Origin: Desulfuromusa sp.
Lineage (GTDB): Bacteria; Desulfobacterota; Desulfuromonadia; Desulfuromonadales; Geopsychrobacteraceae
Length of the DNA: 64,000 bases
Direction of reading: 5' to 3'
Assembly (NCBI GenBank): GCA_021647765.1
Contig: JAKIUD010000005.1
Span: forward strand, 4,173-68,172
The stretch's first letter is position 1. Each line of letters starts with the position of its first letter. The position numbers were made by a program, and so were the translations under genes. A model generated the notes under the pieces. The model searched no databases, was not told where the DNA came from, and saw only the letters and a program-made list of their open reading frames with translations. Below, piece by piece: positions 56,915 to 64,000 of this stretch.

Positions 56915-58459
56915 TTACTGATTCCTGCCATCTTGCAACTCTGATGGCAATAATTGGTTAGAGAAATTTTGATAGCAAACTGGTCGCAAAAAACGGTTGA
57001 TTGCAGTCGTTCCTACAGAACTAAAGCGACTGTCTGTGCTCGCAGGGTATGGGCCGCCATGATTCATGGCACGACAAACCTCGACCCCGGTTGGAAAATC
57101 ATTTAAAATTAAACGTCCAGCTTTTTTCTCCAGAACAGTAAATAACCTGCGACAAAAATCTTCTTCATTGAGCGTAGCATGAACAGTTGCAGAGAGTTGT
57201 CCTGATAAGTTTTCCGCTAAAATCAACATCTGCTCCTGTGATTCACATTGCACCACAACTGAGGAGGGGCCAAAAACTTCTTCACTGATATGTGGATTAA
57301 GGAGAAAATCATCCGCAGTAAGAAACAATAAAGCAGGCAAAGCGAAACAATCAATGTCTGATTGAGAAGCGCCCCCTGCAACCTGATTTACCCCTTGAAT
57401 CGTCGTCAATCGTTTCAACTTGTCATTGTAGTTCTGCTTGATCCCAACATGCAACATCGGGAGAGGGTTCATCCTTTCCAGACGATTCTTCACATTCTGC
57501 ACAAAGGCATCCAGGTCTCTCCCTTTGACTGCGAACAACAGGCCGGGTTGAGTACAGAATTGCCCTACACCCAACGTCAATGACTCAGCATATTTCTGAA
57601 CTAATATTTGACCATTCTCCTTGAGCGCTTGCGGCAGAAGAAATATCGGATTCACACTTCCCATCTCTGCAAACACAGGAATCGGTTCCGAGCGAGCAGC
57701 TGCCAGATCAAACAAAGCACGACCACCAGTTTGGGATCCGGTAAAAGCAACCACTTTTATCTGCGGATGTGTCACCAGAGCAGTTCCTACGTCATGACCG
57801 CTCCCTTGAATCATAGAGAAAACCCCATCAGGCAAACCGGTTTTTATCACCGCCTGTTGGATTGCCCGCCCTGCCAATTCCGAGGTTCCAGGATGAGCGG
57901 GATGTCCTTTTACAACAACCGGACATCCAGCTGCGAGAGCCGAAGCCGTATCGCCACCAGCAACAGAAAAGGCAAGTGGAAAGTTACTGGCGCCAAAAAT
58001 GGCAACCGGGCCAATAGGAATCTGGGTGAGACGCAAATCAGGTTTGGGTAATGGCTGTCGCTCAGGGATAGCTTGATCAATTTGCAGCAGTTTATAAGCA
58101 TCTTCTTGGACTAACTGCGCAAACATTTTTAATTGATTAACGGTGCGTCCGAGTTCGCCCTCAAGACGTGGCAGAGGTAATCCAGTTTCCAGATTTGCCC
58201 TTTTAATAATTAAATTTTTCAGATTTAATAATTCATCAGCAATTGTATCCAGCAATTCAGCCCGCTTTAAGCCACTGGTTTGTCTGAAATCAGCAAAATC
58301 CTGCTCAGCCAGATTGGCGGCGACAGCAACATCTTCACGACCACCTTCGCTGAATTCACCCTCCAGGGGTTCACCTGTTACTGGATTAACCGCTCGAAAC
58401 GTTTCATTGCTGGACGCATGAAAGTTAGCAGAAATAAGATGTTGACCAGTCAGTCGCAT
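56915..58459 (-). CDS. NADP-dependent aldehyde dehydrogenase (alpha-ketoglutaric semialdehyde dehydrogenase-like)
   Basis: 514 aa; ALDH fold with EMGSVNP and GQFCT catalytic Glu and Cys motifs. Confidence 0.88.
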   Translation of the reverse strand: MRLTGQHLISANFHASSNETFRAVNPVTGEPLEGEFSEGGREDVAVAANLAEQDFADFRQTSGLKRAELLDTIADELLNLKNLIIKRANLETGLPLPRLEGELGRTVNQLKMFAQLVQEDAYKLLQIDQAIPERQPLPKPDLRLTQIPIGPVAIFGASNFPLAFSVAGGDTASALAAGCPVVVKGHPAHPGTSELAGRAIQQAVIKTGLPDGVFSMIQGSGHDVGTALVTHPQIKVVAFTGSQTGGRALFDLAAARSEPIPVFAEMGSVNPIFLLPQALKENGQILVQKYAESLTLGVGQFCTQPGLLFAVKGRDLDAFVQNVKNRLERMNPLPMLHVGIKQNYNDKLKRLTTIQGVNQVAGGASQSDIDCFALPALLFLTADDFLLNPHISEEVFGPSSVVVQCESQEQMLILAENLSGQLSATVHATLNEEDFCRRLFTVLEKKAGRLILNDFPTGVEVCRAMNHGGPYPASTDSRFSSVGTTAINRFLRPVCYQNFSNQLLPSELQDGRNQ

Positions 58460-58507
58460 ATCTTTCCCTCCACAGAGTACGAATCTAAAATCTCCGGGCC
58501 AAACTAA

Positions 58508-58537
58508 AAGAGGCTAACCACCGCTGGCTAACCTCTT
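58508..58537 (-). terminator. hairpin downstream of tRNA-Val
   Basis: AAGAGGCTAACCA-CCGC-TGGCTAACCTCTT (2 mismatches). T-rich on both sides: TTTAGTTT on the minus strand, GTTTTTT on the plus strand. Confidence 0.5.
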
Positions 58538-58546
58538 GTTTTTTAT

Positions 58547-58621
58547 TGGTGGGCGGTACTGGGATCGAACCAGTGACCCTTCGCGTGTGAGGCGAATGCT
58601 CTCCCGCTGAGCTAACCGCCC
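58547..58621 (-). tRNA. tRNA-Val (anticodon CAC), CCA encoded
   Basis: The reverse complement GGGCGGTTAGCTCAGCGGGAGAGCATTCGCCTCACACGCGAAGGGTCACTGGTTCGATCCCAGTACCGCCCACCA folds by hand into a cloverleaf: 7-bp acceptor stem, D arm GCTC/GAGC, anticodon stem TTCGC/GCGAA with loop CTCACAC, T arm ACTGG-TTCGATC-CCAGT. Confidence 0.93.
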
Positions 58622-58657
58622 TGATAGTAAATTTTATAACAATAACTGGCTGAGGTG

Positions 58658-59428
58658 TCAATGAGAGTGTGCTGCAAAGAAGTCTTCAATTCGTTCCATT
58701 GTCCCTGTTCGGGGAAATAATGAGGCAAAGGCTCCCAGTTCCATAACTTGTCCGTTTGTTACACAAACATTTTCTGAGGCGTTGAGGAGTTTCTTCGCCA
58801 AATGAAGTGCCATCGGTGGCTGGTGGGCAATCTGTTCAGCGTATTTCCGCACCAACGGCATAAACTGATCCGCTGGATAGACCTGCTCGACCAGTTTCAT
58901 TTGTAATGCTTCTTCTGCCGAATAGGTTCGCGAGGTCATAAATATCTCTTTCGCCTTATTTATCCCGACCAACCGTGGTAATTTTTGTGTCCCACAAAAA
59001 CCGGTAATGATTCCAAGTTTAGCTCCAGGATGAGCAATTTTAAGTCGATCACTGGCAATTCTGATATCACATGCCAGAGCCAAGTCACACCCACCCCCCA
59101 TGGTAATACCATTCAAAGCACCAATAATTGGCTTTTTGGAAGCTTCGATCTGGTCAAACAGCCGATTCCCCAATTGAGAAAATTTCCAGCCGTCAATGGA
59201 GCTAAAGTCCTTCATTTCAGCGATATTCGCACCCACGGCAAAGCTTTCACCCGGATCACCGGTTAAAACAATACACCCAACTGTAGAATCAGCTTCCAGA
59301 ACATCTAGCGCATCACGCAGTTCGTGGATACATTCACTATGCAGAGTATTAAAACGCTGCCCATTGTCCAAAAACAGATAACCAACCCCGTTAGTCTTCT
59401 CAGTGTGCAACAATTGCCAATCACTCAT
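58658..59428 (-). CDS. enoyl-CoA hydratase/isomerase family protein
   Basis: Crotonase fold (ALNGITMGGGCDLALACD). I moved the start to MSDWQLL, 5 nt after the preceding stop. Confidence 0.85.
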   Translation of the reverse strand: MSDWQLLHTEKTNGVGYLFLDNGQRFNTLHSECIHELRDALDVLEADSTVGCIVLTGDPGESFAVGANIAEMKDFSSIDGWKFSQLGNRLFDQIEASKKPIIGALNGITMGGGCDLALACDIRIASDRLKIAHPGAKLGIITGFCGTQKLPRLVGINKAKEIFMTSRTYSAEEALQMKLVEQVYPADQFMPLVRKYAEQIAHQPPMALHLAKKLLNASENVCVTNGQVMELGAFASLFPRTGTMERIEDFFAAHSH

Positions 59429-59432
59429 CAGC

Positions 59433-60206
59433 TTATTTTCCAGTGAAACGGGGCTTACGCTTTTCAATAAATGCACTCATCCCCTCTTTTTGATCATCAG
59501 TTGAAAAGCACACAGCAAAAGCATCCCGTTCCATTTTGCAAGCAGCTGGCAGGTTAATATCATAACCTGTATCGATCACTTCTTTCCCCATTTGCAGTGA
59601 TAACAAACCATAGTTACAAATTTTCTGCAGCTGCTGCAAGACATCCTCCTGTAAACTTTCCTGAGGGAAAAGCTGATTCACCAACCCGATTCGCAATGCT
59701 TCCTCAGCAGAAACGACATTTCCGGTAAAAAGGAGTTCTTTCGCTCGGGCTTTTCCAATCAGTCGCGGTAAGCGTTGCGTGCCACCAAAGGCGGGTAAAA
59801 CACCATAGCAGAGTTCTCGAAAACCAAATTGAGCCGTTTTATCTGCCAGAATATAATCACAAGCCAAAGCCAGCTCCAAACCGGCTCCAAGAGCATAACC
59901 ACTGACTGCAGCCAGAACTGGACGGGGGAACCTCTCAATCAGAGAACAGAGCTGTTGACCTCTTTCAGCAAAACTGATCGCTTCCAGTGGGGTAAAATGT
60001 CGGATTTCCTGTAAATCGACACCGGCGGCAAAATGACCCTCTGCCCCGGTCAACAATATCCCTTTGACCGTTTCATCTGCCTGCAATTGTTCAAATTGCT
60101 GCTGTAATTCATCCAACATTTTGACATTAACAGCGTTCAGACAGGAGGGGCGATGCAGGTGGAAAATGACAATAGAGTCTTTTCTTTCAACCAGTAGAGT
60201 CTTCAT
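59433..60206 (-). CDS. enoyl-CoA hydratase/isomerase family protein
   Basis: AAVSGYALGAGLELALACDY crotonase motif. Confidence 0.88.
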   Translation of the reverse strand: MKTLLVERKDSIVIFHLHRPSCLNAVNVKMLDELQQQFEQLQADETVKGILLTGAEGHFAAGVDLQEIRHFTPLEAISFAERGQQLCSLIERFPRPVLAAVSGYALGAGLELALACDYILADKTAQFGFRELCYGVLPAFGGTQRLPRLIGKARAKELLFTGNVVSAEEALRIGLVNQLFPQESLQEDVLQQLQKICNYGLLSLQMGKEVIDTGYDINLPAACKMERDAFAVCFSTDDQKEGMSAFIEKRKPRFTGK

Positions 60207-60339
60207 ATGTTTCCTGTGTAAGATTCTGCAACAAAAAGAGCCGCTATTCGCAGTTCTTCAATAATTGAAAACATCTCCAAAAAGATGGATCTATCCATCA
60301 CATCATAACTCTGCTGGCAGCGAATTGACACTCCTTATT

Positions 60340-62220
60340 TTATGTCTGATCAGCTATTTTAACCGTGTGTCTGATCATGTACGGGGCTAAAAGTTCATCA
60401 ATCTGCCGATTAACCTCTGCAATATCCTCCCCTGCTGGCAAATTGAGACTAATAGTCGCCAGAGTACCATGAACTGAATCTTCCCCCACGCTTACGGTGA
60501 GTAAACCGACCTTTTTTGTAACACTTTCCAGAGCTTTGGAATACACATCTTCAATTGCCAGCCACCGCATCTTTGGTTTAAAAAGTTTGCCAACTGCCGT
60601 TAAAGGCAGCTGCTCCAGAATAAATACTTGTTTGGGGACTGCGGCTCGTTCACCAATCTGCTCTGCTAGGGTACTGAGAATCTCTTCAGAACTGATTTGC
60701 CCCCCTTCCCGCAGTTGGACAAAAACTGCCGGAACTTCTCCCGCATGGGCATCGGGCTGCCCCACAGCTGCGGCCAGTTCGACACCCTCAATCGCCATGG
60801 CGGCAACCTCAATCGAGGCCGGGTCAATATTGTGGCCGCCGCGGATAATCAGCTCTTTGCTGCGCCCGGTAAGCCAGAAATAACCATCCTGATCCTGCCG
60901 TCCCATATCTCCGGTATTAAACCAGCCCGGCTGTGGCCAGACATTCTGATTGTGGCGTTCCTCCACATAGCCCGAAAAAACATTCGGTCCTTTGATACAG
61001 AGGGAACCGATTTCGTCAACTTCGGCGTCACGCACGAAATGCCCCTCATGATCAAGGATACAAATTTTTGCCTGCTGGTAGGGAAGCCGCAAGCCAATAG
61101 AACCGACTTTGTGTTCACCATCAACCGGATTCAAAATCGATCCGCAGGTTCCCTCGGTCTGACCAAAGCCTTCGATGATCCTCATCCCGGTCTGCTCTTC
61201 AAATTTCTCAAATAATTGGATCGAAAGGGGTGCCGCACCACAGAGAAGAAACTTGAGGGATGAAATATCGGCAGCTTTGTCCAGAGCACCCAGTAACATG
61301 GAAAGTACGGTCGGAACCGCAGAAAAGAAGACACCACGGTAATGCTCAACAATCTGGGAAAAATTCTGAATTACACCAGGGTCACGATACCCTTTTGACC
61401 CCAGCAACAGCATATGTGCCCCGATTGAAAGAGGAATTGAACCAGTGACAACCGCTCCATTGACATGAAATAACGGCAGGCCACACATAAAAGTATCACC
61501 AGCCTGCAACTCGGTCCAGGTTGGAACGACCATGGCGGCCATAGCAACCTCATTAAAGTGGGTATGAGGTACTAACTTTGGTGTCCCGGTGGTTCCACCG
61601 GTATGGTAAATACTGGCAAAATCATCGGGACGGATCTTCCGGTTCGAATCGAGAGAGGCAGTGTTATACATCTTGACTGTCTCTTCATAATCGTAAATTC
61701 CAGCGGCTTTCTCGCTTGATCCCATCACCCGGACAATCGCTTTCAACTCTGGCAGCTGGTCACGAATCTGTTCGACTTTGTCCCAGATGTCACTTCCCGG
61801 AACATTGCCGAGTGCTACCAGAATTTTGGTTTTGGCGTGCTCACAAATTTCCTGGATTGTCCTAGCTTCAAGCAGCGGATTGATGGGATTGACAATCCCC
61901 GCCGCCTGCCCACCCCAGAGAACAAAATGGGTTTGGGGAAGATTGGGTAACAGATAGGAAATGACATCATTGGAGCCAATTCCGAGAGCATGGAACATGT
62001 TAGCTGCCCGGGTAACCTCTCCCAAAAACTCTGCGTAGGAATAGGTCTCTGACTCTTTGTAGGCCGCGCCATCCATAAAAAAACTGAGTGCAGGAGACTG
62101 AGGGTCAATACTGGCACCATGACGAATCATGTCATAGGTGTTATCGGCAACCACACGTTCTTCTATCGGAACCTGTTCAAGCTTCTCTATATCGGCCAAG
62201 GTAGCTACTTTATTTTTCAT
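60340..62220 (-). CDS. AMP-forming acyl-CoA synthetase
   Basis: AMP-binding motifs YHTGGTTGTPK and TGDMGRQDQDGYFWLTGRSKE. I moved the start to MKNKVATL behind AGGAG. Confidence 0.9.
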   Translation of the reverse strand: MKNKVATLADIEKLEQVPIEERVVADNTYDMIRHGASIDPQSPALSFFMDGAAYKESETYSYAEFLGEVTRAANMFHALGIGSNDVISYLLPNLPQTHFVLWGGQAAGIVNPINPLLEARTIQEICEHAKTKILVALGNVPGSDIWDKVEQIRDQLPELKAIVRVMGSSEKAAGIYDYEETVKMYNTASLDSNRKIRPDDFASIYHTGGTTGTPKLVPHTHFNEVAMAAMVVPTWTELQAGDTFMCGLPLFHVNGAVVTGSIPLSIGAHMLLLGSKGYRDPGVIQNFSQIVEHYRGVFFSAVPTVLSMLLGALDKAADISSLKFLLCGAAPLSIQLFEKFEEQTGMRIIEGFGQTEGTCGSILNPVDGEHKVGSIGLRLPYQQAKICILDHEGHFVRDAEVDEIGSLCIKGPNVFSGYVEERHNQNVWPQPGWFNTGDMGRQDQDGYFWLTGRSKELIIRGGHNIDPASIEVAAMAIEGVELAAAVGQPDAHAGEVPAVFVQLREGGQISSEEILSTLAEQIGERAAVPKQVFILEQLPLTAVGKLFKPKMRWLAIEDVYSKALESVTKKVGLLTVSVGEDSVHGTLATISLNLPAGEDIAEVNRQIDELLAPYMIRHTVKIADQT

Positions 62221-62291
62221 TGAGTGACTCCTGATATAATTTGATTTCAAACAACCAAATTTTCGTTCAGCCCAAACAATCCGATAGGCAG

Positions 62292-63041
62292 TTAGATATA
62301 AAGGCCGCCGTTACAGGAAATGATCTGCCCGGTAATATAAGCTGCTTTATCACTTGAAAGAAACTTGACCAGATCGGCAATATTTTGCGGCGTTCCGGCT
62401 CGTCCCAACGGGATATCCTTAATAACCGTCTGTTTGATTTCATCCGGGATTGCCGCTGTCATTGGTGTATCAATGAAGCCTGGAGCAACTGCATTGACGG
62501 TGATCTGATAGCGAGCCAGCTCCCGTGCCAATGTTTTGGTGATCCCGATCACTCCCGCTTTGGCTGCTGCATAGTTAACCTGGCCGAGATTGCCGGTCTG
62601 CCCAGTGACAGATGTCAGGTTGACTATTCTTCCAGAGGTCTGTTTGTTTATCATCTTGACAGCGGTCTGGGTGCAATAGAAAACACCGTTAAGGTTGACC
62701 TGAATGACCTGATTCCATTCCTCATCCGTCATGTTTAACATCATGTTATCTCTGGTAATTCCGGCATTATTTACCAAAATATCCAGAGCGCCGAACTCCT
62801 CTACAATCGTTGTGAACATGGCATTGACAGCCTGTCGATCTCCGACACTGCCACAGCACACGATGGCATTTCGTCCCAGAGCGGCAATCTCTCCGGCAAG
62901 CTTTTCAGCAGAGTCGACATCGATGTCGTTGACGACAATATCTGCGCCTGACTGAGCCAGAGTCGTGGCAATGGCTTTCCCTATTCCCCGGCCACAGCCT
63001 GTCACCAAGGCAACTTTTCCAGCCAATAAATCGGTATTCAT
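62292..63041 (-). CDS. SDR family oxidoreductase (FabG-like 3-oxoacyl reductase)
   Basis: TGCGRGIG, NNAG, YAAAK motifs. Confidence 0.88.
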   Translation of the reverse strand: MNTDLLAGKVALVTGCGRGIGKAIATTLAQSGADIVVNDIDVDSAEKLAGEIAALGRNAIVCCGSVGDRQAVNAMFTTIVEEFGALDILVNNAGITRDNMMLNMTDEEWNQVIQVNLNGVFYCTQTAVKMINKQTSGRIVNLTSVTGQTGNLGQVNYAAAKAGVIGITKTLARELARYQITVNAVAPGFIDTPMTAAIPDEIKQTVIKDIPLGRAGTPQNIADLVKFLSSDKAAYITGQIISCNGGLYI

Positions 63042-63091
63042 GTTTTATCCTATTCACAAGCAATGAGTGAAATTGCACATTGGGATCAAAC

Positions 63092-63349
63092 TCAACCCCC
63101 GGAGACAAACATCAGAATCGAAAGTTCATCCAAATCCTTAAATCCTTCTTCAATCAGCTGTTTGTACTGAATAATTTTTCCATTTTTCATATACATCAGA
63201 TCCTGATGCTTTGCTCGAGTCAGCTGCAAAAATTTAGGATGTTTCAACACCTCTTCAAGGATTTTTTGTGGGACGATATCTTCATCAAACACAAATTCGT
63301 ACGTATTTATTTTGAGGTTCAACATAGTGTCACCAATCTTCTCCATCAC
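63092..63349 (-). CDS. MoaD/ThiS-family ubiquitin-like small protein (C-terminal Gly-Gly)
   Basis: 77-85 aa ending ...DELSILMFVSGG directly before the stop; sits immediately downstream of an AOR gene. Start uncertain (63349 GTG, 63346 ATG or 63325 ATG). Confidence 0.7.
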   Translation of the reverse strand: MMEKIGDTMLNLKINTYEFVFDEDIVPQKILEEVLKHPKFLQLTRAKHQDLMYMKNGKIIQYKQLIEEGFKDLDELSILMFVSGG

Positions 63350-63404
63350 ACAAATTTACATTGCGGGATGGAGTTGAAGTTACACAAGATCCCATGTATG
63401 GATA

Positions 63405-64000
63405 TCAGGTAAAGCGTAAAGTTGCCTGCATCTCTTCTAAGCTGATATCAAAAACAGCACCTGTTGCTTTAGATACTTCCTCGTAGAAGAAGTCTGGCAG
63501 CTTGTCGTCTTCTGCGGTAAATCCAGCAGCTTCGTTGTAGGCTCTTTCAAGTAAAATAACTTTTGCAGAGTAAGCTTTCATATCTTCCATGTTGAAATCA
63601 ATTCCGTACATGGCACTCATGATTCCCGGAAGTAACTCAGCACCAGGAATACCGACGGCTCCCAGAGCAATCAGACAGAGGCTGCTGTCAACAAAAGCAG
63701 TCAATACCGCCAGTAACTGGGCAATATAGGGTTGGAAGAATTTGTTGGTATTGTCAATAATTGGAGGGGCAGCACCAAATGAAGAGGAGAAGGTATGATC
63801 CCCCCCCTGGGTTGACATAGCGTAGGTAATTCCTAACGATTTGCAGTTGCGTGGATCGTATCCTGCTATCGCCTGACCTTTTACTGTCGGAATCCGTTTT
63901 ACCCCTAAATGTCTGCCAACTGCTTCCGTCCCCTTCCCCATCAAACGCCCGAATTCCGTCCCATCGGCCATTTCTTGCAACAGACCCATGACCGCTTTAT
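63405..64000 (-). CDS. aldehyde:ferredoxin oxidoreductase (tungstopterin AOR family), C-terminal part; the 5' end lies outside the window
   Basis: IPTVKGQAIAGYDPRNCKSLGITYAMSTQGGDHT is an AFOR C-terminal domain signature. The frame stays open to position 64000. Confidence 0.88.
   Translation of the reverse strand, partial: KAVMGLLQEMADGTEFGRLMGKGTEAVGRHLGVKRIPTVKGQAIAGYDPRNCKSLGITYAMSTQGGDHTFSSSFGAAPPIIDNTNKFFQPYIAQLLAVLTAFVDSSLCLIALGAVGIPGAELLPGIMSAMYGIDFNMEDMKAYSAKVILLERAYNEAAGFTAEDDKLPDFFYEEVSKATGAVFDISLEEMQATLRFT

Noticed and set aside
63080-63412. 110-aa plus-strand ORF
   Set aside because: It is antisense to the MoaD-like gene, and the minus-strand product has the diagnostic C-terminal Gly-Gly.

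Overview
This looks like a chromosomal segment of a Desulfuromonadales-type deltaproteobacterium. That assignment is inferred only from protein signatures and from the Geobacter/Desulfuromonas-like gene order ribD-ribE-ribBA / nrdR / glyA / rpiB / fabF-acpP-fabG-fabD-fabH-plsX-rpmF-yceD; no search was run. I support about 70 protein genes (mostly on the minus strand) and one tRNA-Val(CAC). I found no rRNA and no CRISPR array. Housekeeping blocks: riboflavin, C1 and fatty-acid genes (1-11.4 kb); mazG, fxsA, murJ, rpsT, holA, lptE, leuS, infA (11.7-19.6 kb); two CheY-like receivers plus a DUF4388 protein, then ugd, galE, comEA (19.6-25.1 kb); acnB, trmL, htpG (41-47.4 kb); a tlyA / HIT / SpoT-like / deacetylase run (49.6-53.4 kb); lipB plus an aldehyde dehydrogenase; and an AOR / MoaD-like / SDR / acyl-CoA synthetase / 2x enoyl-CoA hydratase cluster (58.6-64 kb). 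The accessory-looking part is 25.1-36 kb. It holds an orphan RHH antitoxin-like gene, a start-less 3' remnant of pilY1 bracketed by an 18-bp perfect direct repeat, and a minor-pilin operon (fimT-like, pilW, pilV, pilX, unknown ORF, vWA-PilY1). It also holds a mazEF module plus an AAA-ATPase/PD-(D/E)xK (DUF4143-type) gene whose boundaries all carry the palindrome GGTGGTT-NN-AACCACC. The most unexplained structure is non-coding: a 161-bp element with 21-bp perfect inverted ends and three internal hairpins (34443-34603); a ~660-bp inverted-repeat-bounded unit in the 1.1-kb gene-free gap upstream of acnB that carries a 23-codon hydrophobic ORF and its own terminator; and at least three families of dispersed intergenic repeats. 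All family calls come from reading the translations. No database search, folding or alignment program was run.
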